Shown: positions 52,075-62,012 of the stretch, in pieces | Position numbering within the stretch: the first letter of the stretch is position 1 | How the letters are laid out: the number at the start of each line of letters is the position of its first letter | Assembly (NCBI GenBank): GCA_963691875.1 | Contig: OY829846.1 | Coordinates: forward strand, 4,000,001 to 4,064,000 | Direction of reading: 5' to 3' | DNA length: 64,000 nt | Source: Aureliella sp. | GTDB taxonomy: Bacteria > Planctomycetota > Planctomycetia > Pirellulales > Pirellulaceae | Made by a program: the position numbers and the translations under genes | Notes under the pieces: generated by a model | Database searches by the model: none | Seen by the model: only the letters and a program-made list of their open reading frames with translations | Told to the model about the DNA's origin: nothing

Positions 52075-53157
52075 TTACTTTTGAAGCAGTTCTTGCTGCA
52101 AATCAGATAGGGCTTTGGCGAGTTCCGCATCAGCTAGCAGGGCAGATTCAGTTTTTCGATGGGCATGCAGAATAGTGGAGTGATCGCGGCCGCCAAAATA
52201 TTCACCGATTTGCTGGAGGCTGGTATGGGTCAAGCGTCGACCGAGAACGATCGCCAGACCGCGAGCGCGAACAATGTGGGCTTGTCGGGTAGAGCCACGC
52301 ATATCGCTGATTTTGACGCGTAGAGTACGAGCAACACGTTTGGCGATGTCAGCAATAGTAAGCGAATCGCCATCGATCATTTGCATCACCAATTGGCGAA
52401 CAAGCTCGACGTTAAAAGAGCCGTCGGCGTCACGGTTTTGATGAGCAATCATCACCAAGGTTTTCAGCTTTGTAGCAGGTACAGTGCTCCCGAGAGACTC
52501 AGAGCAAGCCAAGAGTAGCTCGCGCTTCAAGCGAGGGTCGATGTCTTCAGCAAGTCCGTCGAGGATAACAGCTTGAGTAGCACAAGCGGGTTGATGTATT
52601 CGTAGTGAAAGTCCGCCGGAAAGCCGACTGGATAAAGCCGGCAGTAGCGCGTCGAGGGAAGCAGGGAGTTTGGTAGATGTTAGCAGAACAGGAGCTTGAG
52701 CTTGACCGAGAAGGTCAAGTGCTTGAACAAGTTCACGTTGTGCGACCGGCTTGGTGGCAATTGAATCAACATCATCGACGACAAGAGCCTTGCACTGGCG
52801 AAAGCGATGATAAAACGCTTCGAGGTCATCGCTTTCGATGGCAGCTAGATGATCCTCAGCAAAGGAAGAACCAGTGCAGAAAGTGAGAGGACGTAGGCCA
52901 GTTGTGCGAGACCAAAGTATGGAAAGAGCGACGGACAAAGCCGTTTTACCCGTACCATGATCGCCATAAAGAACAATCGGTGAGCGGTGTTGGAGGTTGG
53001 CGATGAGAGACTTATCAAACAAGTGCAACAAACTCTGGTTTTCATCGCCAACCACATAGTAGGGCAGCATCCATCCTTGACCGTCCAAGCTAGGCAGCAA
53101 ACGACGAATAGAAGCAGGCTGCTCAAGTGGGATTTTAGAAGTAGCAGAAGAATTCAC
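52075..53157 (-). CDS. dnaA: DnaA-family initiator protein, divergent, lacking N-terminal domain I
   Basis: Walker A GDHGTGKT, Walker B LVVDDVD, SRLSGGL, domain IV SLQQIGEYFGGRDHSTILHA; likely GTG start 53157 (ORF open to 53208). Confidence 0.88.
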   Translation of the reverse strand: MNSSATSKIPLEQPASIRRLLPSLDGQGWMLPYYVVGDENQSLLHLFDKSLIANLQHRSPIVLYGDHGTGKTALSVALSILWSRTTGLRPLTFCTGSSFAEDHLAAIESDDLEAFYHRFRQCKALVVDDVDSIATKPVAQRELVQALDLLGQAQAPVLLTSTKLPASLDALLPALSSRLSGGLSLRIHQPACATQAVILDGLAEDIDPRLKRELLLACSESLGSTVPATKLKTLVMIAHQNRDADGSFNVELVRQLVMQMIDGDSLTIADIAKRVARTLRVKISDMRGSTRQAHIVRARGLAIVLGRRLTHTSLQQIGEYFGGRDHSTILHAHRKTESALLADAELAKALSDLQQELLQK

Positions 53158-53189
53158 GGCACCAAGTACAGGGGAAGAATAGCGACAAC

Positions 53190-54359
53190 CTAAGCGGCAG
53201 TGCGACACTTTTCGATGGCTTTCTCAATCAATAGCAAACCGCGATCAATCTCATCAGCGGTTGTAAACCGGGAAAAACTAAACCTGAGAGATCCTTCAAT
53301 AGTCTCCAAAGGTAGGCCCATAGCAACTAATGAACCTGACGGACGGCCGGAACCACTAGAGCACGCCGACCCTGTACTACAGGCCAAACCGTTGAGATCG
53401 AGGGCCATTTGCAATGCTTGGCGATCAATTCCAGGGAAGGAAAGATTGGACGTATGCGGCAATCTTGGTGCGTCAGCAGCAATAACAACCGCATCGCAGC
53501 TATCTATAAGACGGCTTTCAAATCGATCTCGCAGCAAGCGAAGTTCTTCGTAATGACCTTTGTCGAGAGCTCCGATAATTTCACTAACGGCACTGGCAAG
53601 GCCAACAGCTGGTACGACTGGCTCAGTGCCAGCTCTCAAACCAAGTTGCTGACCACCACCAATGATCATAGGATCGATTTTTACGTCGGAAGCAAGGATG
53701 AGTGCACCAATGCCAACCGGTCCGTGGATTTTGTGGCCGGTTAGTGTAAGAGCCGAAAGCCCAAGCTCTTGCATGTTGATAGGCGACTTACCAAGAGCTT
53801 GAACTATATCAGAGTGCACCGGAACATCGTATTTAGCGCAGAGCTGAGAGATGCACTTGAGATCTTGCAGCACTCCAGTTTCATTGTTGCCAAGCATGAC
53901 GCTAACACAGGAAACGACTTCGCCTTGGTCGTGTATATCAGCAAGCCAAGACTGAAGTAGATCGAAATCACAAATGCCAAGCGAGTCGGTAGGCAAAACT
54001 CGGAAGCGATCATCGGAACCAGCGAAGTGTTTCCCAGCTTCAATAACGCTAGGGTGATCCGTACCGCCAACGAAGACATAACCAGGTCGCCGCTCGAGAA
54101 GTCCAAATATGGCGAGATTGTTGGACTCAGTGCCGCCGCTGTTGAGGATAATCTGAGCCGAATCCATGGAACTGCACGGCGCTCCAACAGCTTCTAGGAT
54201 CTGTTGTTTCGCTTCTTCGAGAAAACTAAGAGCCTGTCGACCGAGCCGATGTTGACTGGCTGGATTGTATATACCCATCAAATGCAGCTGGTGCATTTTG
54301 TCGGCTACTACAGGATCTAAACGCGTGGTAGCGTTATTGTCAAAATAAATGGAATTCAT
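53190..54359 (-). CDS. iscS: Cysteine desulfurase (IscS/NifS group)
   Basis: IYFDNNATT, SGGTESNN, NNETG, GHKIHGP (PLP Lys), STGSACSS. Confidence 0.93.
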   Translation of the reverse strand: MNSIYFDNNATTRLDPVVADKMHQLHLMGIYNPASQHRLGRQALSFLEEAKQQILEAVGAPCSSMDSAQIILNSGGTESNNLAIFGLLERRPGYVFVGGTDHPSVIEAGKHFAGSDDRFRVLPTDSLGICDFDLLQSWLADIHDQGEVVSCVSVMLGNNETGVLQDLKCISQLCAKYDVPVHSDIVQALGKSPINMQELGLSALTLTGHKIHGPVGIGALILASDVKIDPMIIGGGQQLGLRAGTEPVVPAVGLASAVSEIIGALDKGHYEELRLLRDRFESRLIDSCDAVVIAADAPRLPHTSNLSFPGIDRQALQMALDLNGLACSTGSACSSGSGRPSGSLVAMGLPLETIEGSLRFSFSRFTTADEIDRGLLLIEKAIEKCRTAA

Positions 54360-55114
54360 CAGAACGATTCGACTTCCGCTCGAGCCGAAGGCTTGAGGTT
54401 TTGCAACTTGTCATTGGGTCCAAGTTTGAGACCGAATAGGACGAGCTCACTGGCTTTATCGGCTTGATTGGACTTGATGTAAAGTTGGGCTTCATCGATC
54501 AACACGCTTTGGGTCCGCTCGATCAAAGCGGAAGGAAACTCCTTGGCGTTCAAGTCAAGTAATGGGATCTCAAAGATGTCTGGCAAGCGAGAATAGAGGT
54601 TTAAGGCGACCAGAGACTGGACAACCGGCCAGAACTCAGCGGCTTCTGTAGGATGATCCTTCGTCCAAGTTGGCCACTTCAAATCGTGACCAGAGTCATG
54701 CAGTGTTAAGAGATCGATCAAGATCGAAGGTTCATCACTCACAAAGGAATGATCGAATTCAACAAGATCCCATTGGTCTCGAGCGAATGGAGAATTCAAA
54801 AGCGGACTGATAGATGGATCAATGGTAGAGCTAAAAGTCGCAGCTGTCCAAATCAGTCGCTCGGGTCCAGGATCATGCCTTACTCCTGTCCACTGTCTAT
54901 TGGTGAAAGGGTCGCGGTGGAAAGAGAATTTACGGACGCTGAAAGAGCGAGTATTGAATTCCAGACCGGAAACATAGGTGGTTTGCCAGTAAATGAACCC
55001 CAAAAAGGCGAGCACAAATAGAACGATGACGGAAACAGCGAGCTTGTTGCGGGAAATCCACGCTCGCCAGGAAGCAGGGCTATTCGCCGAAATTGATGTA
55101 GCCTGAGAATTCAT
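54359..55114 (-). CDS. Hypothetical protein with N-terminal membrane anchor
   Basis: 251-aa ORF, one TM, stop overlaps iscS start (TGATG). Confidence 0.75.
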   Translation of the reverse strand: MNSQATSISANSPASWRAWISRNKLAVSVIVLFVLAFLGFIYWQTTYVSGLEFNTRSFSVRKFSFHRDPFTNRQWTGVRHDPGPERLIWTAATFSSTIDPSISPLLNSPFARDQWDLVEFDHSFVSDEPSILIDLLTLHDSGHDLKWPTWTKDHPTEAAEFWPVVQSLVALNLYSRLPDIFEIPLLDLNAKEFPSALIERTQSVLIDEAQLYIKSNQADKASELVLFGLKLGPNDKLQNLKPSARAEVESF

Positions 55115-55280
55115 CTTGATATTAATCTACTTAGAGAATCCAGGGGAAATAGCTAATTGGCCCTAGCCACCGTATTTTTGCAGTTTGAGGTGAGGGGCAA
55201 TCTATTGGATAATTAGGTCAAGCACTTGCAACATTATTGTTCGCTAAGTTTGAAAACGAAACCTATACGGTAATCGAAAA

Positions 55281-56426
55281 ATGCGGCAAGGATTTGCTTA
55301 TACAGTAGTGCCAAGGCATCAGGGTGTCGGACCTAAAGGATCACATCTGGGCTTGGAGTTGCCAGCAGCGAAGGGGTTGAATCCACAGCGAGACAGATCG
55401 CGGCAATATTGGAATTTTATACACTATCTAGCTTCGACAGACCGATCGGAAGCGTTGGAAGGAGCGCAGGAGGAGGAACATCCTCACGGGAAGTTGCAGA
55501 GGCTCGAGGGCGTACTTTTCCTCTCACGGGAAGGTTTATCGTTGCGTAAACTAGCTAAACTGGCTGGGTTGGCGGACGCAACAGAAGCACGTACACTGAT
55601 TCGCGAGCTTAATCAGCAGCTGGATGAGCAGGGCAGAGCTTTCCGAGTCGAGGATATAGCCGGAGGCTATGCACTACTGACTAGAGCGCAATTTGCTGAT
55701 TGGCTGAGAAGGTTCGAATATGTTCCGGGACAGCAAAAGCTTAGCCAGACGGCTATGGAAACACTGGCGGTGGTAGCTTATCGGCAACCTGTTCCACGCT
55801 CCGAAATAGAAGCGATAAGGGGTGTAAGTAGTAGCGAAGTGCTCAAGCAACTGATGGAGTACGAGCTGGTACGAATCCATAGTCGCAGCGAGGAATTGGG
55901 GCGGCCCTTTCTGTACGGAACAACACGTCGATTTTTACAAATGTTTGGTTTACGATCGCTTGATCGATTGCCGAGAATGTCATGGGTTAATGAACCCTTG
56001 TCAGCCCCTTCCATCGCAGCTGTAGAGCATTCGGAAACAGAGGATTCTGCAATGACTTCGACACTTTCCATGGACGAAAGCGTAGCTTCCATCAATCCAG
56101 CCGTGGATATGGATCCAATAGCCACCAGCAAGAGCAGTGCAGTGGCCTTAGCCCATCCTACGGCGGCCGTAGAGGATGAAGAAAACGACGGCTTCTACGA
56201 AGAAGAAGACGAAGAAGAGGGCGACGATTTCGAAGATTTAGACGACGACGATTGGGACGACGACGAAGACGAAGAAGAGAGCGAAGACGACCTCGAAGAA
56301 GAAAGTGAATGGGAAGAGGTCGACGATGACGACGACGGTTGGTCAGAGGACGACGATGATGACGAAGAGGACGACGACTGGGGAGAGGAAGAAGAGGAAG
56401 ACGACGAAGATGGAGATTGGGACTAG
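55281..56426 (+). CDS. scpB: SMC-Scp complex subunit ScpB with long acidic C-terminal tail
   Basis: LSQTAMETLAVVAYRQPVPRSEIEAIRGV, GRPFLYGTT..FLQMFGL. Confidence 0.92.
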   Translation: MRQGFAYTVVPRHQGVGPKGSHLGLELPAAKGLNPQRDRSRQYWNFIHYLASTDRSEALEGAQEEEHPHGKLQRLEGVLFLSREGLSLRKLAKLAGLADATEARTLIRELNQQLDEQGRAFRVEDIAGGYALLTRAQFADWLRRFEYVPGQQKLSQTAMETLAVVAYRQPVPRSEIEAIRGVSSSEVLKQLMEYELVRIHSRSEELGRPFLYGTTRRFLQMFGLRSLDRLPRMSWVNEPLSAPSIAAVEHSETEDSAMTSTLSMDESVASINPAVDMDPIATSKSSAVALAHPTAAVEDEENDGFYEEEDEEEGDDFEDLDDDDWDDDEDEEESEDDLEEESEWEEVDDDDDGWSEDDDDDEEDDDWGEEEEEDDEDGDWD

Positions 56427-56571
56427 GCTCGGCAGATAAAGAATTGTGAGCTACATGGTGCTCACTAGTTTTTCAAAAGTTAAAGCCGGTTTAGATACCC
56501 AACCGAGGAATCATAGCTGTCGTAGAGAAGATCAGACCCATCAAGTAGGAAAATCCTGATTCGCCTTTTGC

Positions 56572-56600
56572 CAAGCTAGCCCATTTGGCTAGCTTGTTTT
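56572..56600 (+). terminator. Putative intrinsic terminator after scpB
   Basis: CAAGCTAGCC-CATTT-GGCTAGCTTG perfect 10-bp stem followed by TTTT. Confidence 0.6.
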
Positions 56601-56683
56601 CATTCTAAGGACACACGTAAAGCATCGAGATAGCATTGATGCGTCGTGTTTAAAAGCAGTCCATTTCGCAAGTAAGGTGTCGC

Positions 56684-57565
56684 ATGTTGTCGGGAGTAAC
56701 CGTTTCGTGTTTCGTCTTTAGCTACCTCGTAGTGATGTGCATGGAGGCAGCGCGGGTCTACTTAAAGATCCCGGGTCGCAACACATTGCTTATCTGCATG
56801 CTGGTAGCAGGTCTGTTTGCACACACGATATTTCTTGTCAACACGTTGTTTTTCTCAGAAGCCTCGAATATTAAACTGCTCGCTGACTGGTTTCAGTGGA
56901 GCGTCGTGGCCGCGTGGTGTTTGACGATAGCCTATATGGTCCTAGTGATAAGAAATCCAGCAAATGCGTCGGGCCTATTTCTTATTCCACTAATTCTTGC
57001 ACTGATCGGGCTGGGGACGTTAATGCGCGGTGGCACGCCTTTCGTCCCCACTAGTGAAGGGCTTTGGCAGGTAGTACACGGAATAAGCTTGTTGGTCGGA
57101 ACGATGTTCATTTGTTTTGGCGTCGCCTTCGGCATGATGTACTTGCTGCAATCGATGCGCTTAAAGTCGAAAGGCAGGCGTAAGAAGGCCAAGCTAAAAC
57201 TACCTACGCTAGAGTTCTTGCAGTCGATGAATCGTCTAAGTCTCTTTGCTACGACGTTGGCTCTTGCCTTCGGTATGCTTAGCGGAGTGGCACTCAATCT
57301 TCAGCGTTCCGGAAGTATCGATTGGTTAAGCCCCGGAATACTGTCCACGGTAGCCCTCTTTGTATGGACGCTGATAGCAACCGTTCTAGAGATATCGGCC
57401 AAGAGTTCTTTGGGCGGCCGACGTAGTGCCTATCTGGTGATCGCCAACTTTGTGTTCATGTTGGCCGTTCTGGGAGTTGTGCTAGTATCATCGCATGGGC
57501 AAGGTAACGTGGCACAGAAGTCAACCAGCGCAACGGAATCAATCATCAGCGAGGTAAATAGCTGA
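56684..57565 (+). CDS. Cytochrome c assembly protein family (CcsA/HemX-like) membrane protein
   Basis: About eight TM helices, conserved His, MYLLQSMRLK..LPTLE motif; stop overlaps hemA start. Confidence 0.82.
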   Translation: MLSGVTVSCFVFSYLVVMCMEAARVYLKIPGRNTLLICMLVAGLFAHTIFLVNTLFFSEASNIKLLADWFQWSVVAAWCLTIAYMVLVIRNPANASGLFLIPLILALIGLGTLMRGGTPFVPTSEGLWQVVHGISLLVGTMFICFGVAFGMMYLLQSMRLKSKGRRKKAKLKLPTLEFLQSMNRLSLFATTLALAFGMLSGVALNLQRSGSIDWLSPGILSTVALFVWTLIATVLEISAKSSLGGRRSAYLVIANFVFMLAVLGVVLVSSHGQGNVAQKSTSATESIISEVNS

Positions 57566-58860
57566 TGCACTGGGCCATGGTAGGGTGGAGTCATCATGAG
57601 ACTCCAGTAGAACTTCGCGAGCGGTTAGCGTTCAGCAATGATCAGGTGTTCGATGCGTTGCAGCAGTTCAAGCAGCGCTTTCCGGATTCAGAGTCAGTCT
57701 TGCTCAGCACCTGCAATCGAGTAGAGCTATATTGTGCATCGCAAGAAAAGAAGAGCTTCCCGCAGCATGAAGAACTCTGCCGCTTCTTAACAGACTTCCA
57801 TGGTCTGCAGTTCGCAGAACTTCAGTCTAAAGCGACAGCACTAAGCGGCGAAGAATCAATACATCACTTGTTTACTGTCGCGGCCAGCTTGGACAGCATG
57901 ATCATTGGCGAGGCTCAGATACTCTCACAGGTCAAAGCGGCGTATGAGCTCGCTTGCCGTGGCGAGTCTGTAGCAACAAATATGCACCGAGTCTTTCAAA
58001 GAGCAGCGCTGGTAGCCAAACGCGTAGCCAACGAAACTGAGATACATAAGAAGCGAATTAGCGTGCCAAGCGTGGCGGTTAGCGAAATAGCTACAGAATT
58101 CTTTGAGCGATTCGAAGATAAGAAGATATTGCTCATCGGTGCAGGCGAGATGGGCACAGAGACGTTGAAGTATCTTAAGGATTTTGGTGCAACCAAAATG
58201 TCGATCATCAACCGCAGCCTAGAACGCGCTAAAGCCTTGGCCACAGAGTTCGAAGCCGAAACCTATCCTTGGGAGAAGCTCTATTCGCAAATCATGGCAT
58301 CAGATATGGTCGTATCCACGACAGGTGCTAATGAACCAATAGTCACAGTAGAAGAATTCCAAAAAGCTCGTAGTGCTCATCCGGCTCGAGCTGTTTTGAT
58401 TTTGGATTTGGCAGTACCGCGCGACTTTGACGCAGAGATCAGTGACGTGAGCGATACTTATTTGTACACCGTCGACGACTTGCAAGAAGTCTGTCAGCGG
58501 AACATAGAGGCTCGCAAGGCAGAGTGGCCAAAGGCCAAGAAGATCGTTCAAGAAGAGACCAAAAGATTTCTGTCCGAATCCTCGCATCGGGGCGGTGGAT
58601 CAACGATCAGGTTGTTGCGCGAGCAGGCAGAAGTTATCAAGAAGTCAGAACTCGATCGATTACTCAATAAGTTAGACTCTCAGGACTTGGATGAAGCGAC
58701 CAAGAAGGAACTCCAAGTCGCATTTGATCGTCTTGTGAATAAACTCTTACATCCGCCTATGCAGTCTTTGCGAGAAAATGCCGATACTCATCAGCACGCT
58801 AGCCTACTAGACGCCCTCCGCCGGCTTTTTCAATTGGGCGAATCAGAGCGACCCAAATAG
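57565..58860 (+). CDS. hemA: Glutamyl-tRNA reductase
   Basis: LSTCNRVELY, SLDSMIIGEAQILSQVK, GAGEMG, DLAVPRD. Confidence 0.97.
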   Translation: MHWAMVGWSHHETPVELRERLAFSNDQVFDALQQFKQRFPDSESVLLSTCNRVELYCASQEKKSFPQHEELCRFLTDFHGLQFAELQSKATALSGEESIHHLFTVAASLDSMIIGEAQILSQVKAAYELACRGESVATNMHRVFQRAALVAKRVANETEIHKKRISVPSVAVSEIATEFFERFEDKKILLIGAGEMGTETLKYLKDFGATKMSIINRSLERAKALATEFEAETYPWEKLYSQIMASDMVVSTTGANEPIVTVEEFQKARSAHPARAVLILDLAVPRDFDAEISDVSDTYLYTVDDLQEVCQRNIEARKAEWPKAKKIVQEETKRFLSESSHRGGGSTIRLLREQAEVIKKSELDRLLNKLDSQDLDEATKKELQVAFDRLVNKLLHPPMQSLRENADTHQHASLLDALRRLFQLGESERPK

Positions 58861-59040
58861 GCATAGCTAAATTCTTATTGGTCGCTGTAATCAGAGATGT
58901 CGTCGACTATACGGTCAAACGCACTTTCGAGGACTCCAAGCAGCAGACGGAACGGCTGAACGAACAGCAGACTTGTCAGAAGTAGCTTCATCCAGCCGAA
59001 TAATGAGCCTCGCACTCATTAATGTGATAAAAGTCACAGG

Positions 59041-59256
59041 CTAGACGACAATATTGATCAAGTGATCATGGGACTCTTTTACAACCTTCAAGGCAGCGAT
59101 GGTGGCTTGAGATGTATGCTCAGCAATCTTTAGATTCTTCATCGGTTCCGCATCACCGATGTTTCTTGGATCAACAATCTTTCGCGCCGCTACATCCAGA
59201 TCACGGAAGCTCTTCTGTAAAGCCGTAGAGAGTACAGGTGAAGCTGGTTGTATCAT
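59041..59256 (-). CDS. Small protein resembling the terminal helices of flagellar rod/hook proteins
   Basis: LDVAARKI..D..AEHTSQATIAALKVVKESHDHLINIVV resembles stand-alone Flg_bbr_C-like proteins. Confidence 0.5.
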   Translation of the reverse strand: MIQPASPVLSTALQKSFRDLDVAARKIVDPRNIGDAEPMKNLKIAEHTSQATIAALKVVKESHDHLINIVV

Positions 59257-59768
59257 GTTCCTAGCCCATTGAACAATACTTATGACCCCGCTCTCTGGTA
59301 AAAACATAGGTCACAAAGCAATCTTTGGTAGATCGAAAGAGAGCCAATATCCAACGCAGTGATCTGGGCTCGATGTGCCGCCGGCTCCAAACTTAATTCT
59401 TACAATCGCTACATAGCGAGCATAAGGACCGCACTTTATTAAGCCTTGACGGTTAGCGAAGAGGTGCAGCGAGAATATTATTTTCTAATTTGCCTGAACG
59501 ACGGAAGTCGAGATACTAAAGGTCGGTCTCGACGTTTCATCACCCGAGGTCAATCGTTGTGAATTCAGGAGCCAGAATTCACGTCTCAGCGCATGGAAGA
59601 CGCGCTAAATAATTCGCGTGATGCAGGTAAAGTCTTCCATGTCTCTTGAATGGTTTCATGCAGTTATAGCTGCATTCTTTCTTGGCGTATGGTTCATGGT
59701 TGGCCAAATCGTAGCGTTGGACAAGCGCGAAACGTAATTCGCATGTTTCTGCATCCCACATCGTCCAA

Positions 59769-61340
59769 CTAGTGAATTAGCGTCATCACGGCTTGGACCA
59801 AATGCTCCATCGGTGCATTTACTGGGATCAGAGAGTTCGCCTCGACTTTTAACTTTGAAGCATCGAACTTGGTTTCTAACCAGACATTAAAGCAGTGAAC
59901 AATCTCCGGATCCCACTGCTCTTTGGCACCATCGTTGATAATGCTCCGAGATTTCTCTAGCGGCATAGCGATTCGATAGGGCCGAGAGCTGGTCATGGCG
60001 TCGAACGCATCAGCAACGGCCATAATACGAGCCATCAATGGTATAGACTGTCCAGCAAGTCCTTGAGGATATCCGCCCCCATCCCAACGTTCATGGTGAT
60101 AGAGAACACCTGGCAAGGTAAACTGCAAATGCCCGAGACGTTGAACGATACGATGACCAATCACCGGATGCTGTTTGATAATCTCGAATTCGTCGTCGGA
60201 GAGCTTGCCTGGCTTCAGCAAAACTTTGTCAGGAATTCCAATCTTTCCGATGTCGTGAAGCACGCCTGAAAGGTAGATTTCGTGGCAAGCTTCGTCGGAT
60301 AGGCCCAAAATCTGCGCCAGATCATAGGACAAACGGGCCACACGTTCACTGTGTCCTTGAGTGTACGGATCACGCGCGTCGATTGTGCTACTCATTGCTC
60401 GCAAAGTGCCAAGGAACAATTCGTTGCTTTGCAAAAGCAGTCGCATGTTCTGAGTCTGAGTTGTGAGAAGAACAGCGGCTTCTTCCAAAAGGCCGACTTC
60501 AACGCTTCCGAACTCGGCATCATAGATTGGAGTTCCATTAGGGTGGAATTGCTCCGAGCGCTCGACTGCGACCAGGAAACCACGATGCGTCGCGTCGGAA
60601 ATCGTGACTGCCACGATTGAGTGCAGCGTACACTCAGGCAACTTCAGCTCAACATTATTGCGAACTAGCGGTGGAGAATTCTTGCCAAACTGCATTTGGT
60701 GCAAGAGTCCCTCAATGGACTTCACCGAAACTCCAGAGCTTCCGTAGCTAGTGCTAACGAGCCCAGAGCACTCGGACTCCTCCGGATGGACTATAAGGAA
60801 TACATCCTTGGCGCGTAGCAGAAATACCAATGGCTCCAGTATTTTCTCGGCGATTTCGTTGACGGTAGCGAACTCGGAGAAGCTGGTAGCGTTTCGAGCA
60901 AAGCCTCTCAGCCAGTTTTGTTCTTCAAAACTCTGAGCGAGTTGCATAGCTGACTCTTGAAGGGCTGCCTGAGAAAAATGGTGTTCTTGCTGCAGGCTCC
61001 AACATTCCAGCGAGTTTTGCAACATCTGTTGGCCAACCGGCAGATCGCCGTTGAGGATGCTGGCAACGATGCAATTTTGTCCCTCGCAAAAGAAGGGAAT
61101 CAAGACAAGCGAAGCATTCTCTGTGAGTTCGATGGTCCGGGTTTCTTGGGTTTGCTCTAATTCAGAGCATAGTGTTTCCCAGTTTTCCAAAAGTAGGTTT
61201 GGTATCAGGATTTCAGCATGGTGCCCTAATTCAATTAGCTCAAAGGAGGAAATGGGCGTGCCGACCAGAAATCGAACTGGGATCCGTTCTTCGAGAAAAG
61301 AACGCAGCGTATCGAGAGTTTTGCAGTCGGAAGTGGACAT
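59769..61340 (-). CDS. HD-GYP phosphodiesterase with GAF-like N-terminal region
   Basis: DARDPYTQGHSERV, LHDIGKIG, HHERWDGGGYP, AVADAFDAMTSSRPYR. Confidence 0.93.
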   Translation of the reverse strand: MSTSDCKTLDTLRSFLEERIPVRFLVGTPISSFELIELGHHAEILIPNLLLENWETLCSELEQTQETRTIELTENASLVLIPFFCEGQNCIVASILNGDLPVGQQMLQNSLECWSLQQEHHFSQAALQESAMQLAQSFEEQNWLRGFARNATSFSEFATVNEIAEKILEPLVFLLRAKDVFLIVHPEESECSGLVSTSYGSSGVSVKSIEGLLHQMQFGKNSPPLVRNNVELKLPECTLHSIVAVTISDATHRGFLVAVERSEQFHPNGTPIYDAEFGSVEVGLLEEAAVLLTTQTQNMRLLLQSNELFLGTLRAMSSTIDARDPYTQGHSERVARLSYDLAQILGLSDEACHEIYLSGVLHDIGKIGIPDKVLLKPGKLSDDEFEIIKQHPVIGHRIVQRLGHLQFTLPGVLYHHERWDGGGYPQGLAGQSIPLMARIMAVADAFDAMTSSRPYRIAMPLEKSRSIINDGAKEQWDPEIVHCFNVWLETKFDASKLKVEANSLIPVNAPMEHLVQAVMTLIH

Positions 61341-61573
61341 TCGGAAGAACCGTTAAAGTTCGCGGTTTGCAATCCTTTGGGCTCAAATAGTATCGGCAAG
61401 GTGATGCAAATCGTTTGACCGAGTCCAAAAAAAGGGCGGTCACAAGCAATTCCACAAAGAAAAGTTTTTGCCAGTTATGCGTCGTAGGCTAGGTTTCCAC
61501 ACAGAACAGGCGCAACAGCTTCGGCAGCCTAACTCGACGGTCCAAGAGCCACGACTTTTCAGGACCATGGCAG

Positions 61574-61972
61574 ATGTACTTTAGATAGAACCGGGGATTC
61601 ACGTTAATTAAAATTATCGTTGTAATCATTATTGTCGCGAATCTCGCAGCCGTAGCGGCTCCCAATTTTTACGGACGAGCAGATGCCGCTCGTCAGTCGG
61701 CGGCACTACAGTCTCTTTTGACACTGGGTGGTGCAGTGGAGTTATGTCGCACAGAAAACGGTAGCTACCCAGCGATATTGAACACTGACTTGAACGATTA
61801 TTTGAAAAGCCCATTTCCATCGACAATCGTCGGTGGTGCAACAAACGCAGCGGTGAAAGCTCTGACGATTAATCCTTTCATGGCTGCTGACGCCGATGAC
61901 GCCGGAGGTTGGCTGTGTCACGCAACCACTGGTGAGTTGCGGATCAACATGACCTCGTATATCAACTACTAG
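61574..61972 (+). pseudogene. Type IV pilin / GspG-like pseudopilin with premature TAG
   Basis: ATG TAC TTT AGA TAG AAC CGG GGA TTC = MYFR*NRG|FTLIKIIVVIIIVANLAAVAAPNF..ENGSYP; stop at 61586-61588; Glu5 replaced by Lys. Confidence 0.8.
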
Positions 61973-62012
61973 TCGCTTAAAAGAACTGGCGAAGGTCGAG
62001 CTGGGGAGCACG

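Noticed and set aside
56171..56423. GAC/GAA-rich low-complexity DNA as a repeat array or CRISPR
   Set aside because: In-frame acidic tail of ScpB; no repeat-spacer periodicity
59579..59761. 60-aa ORF with GRLYL motif recalling a beta-propeller C-terminus
   Set aside because: Similarity too short to support a call
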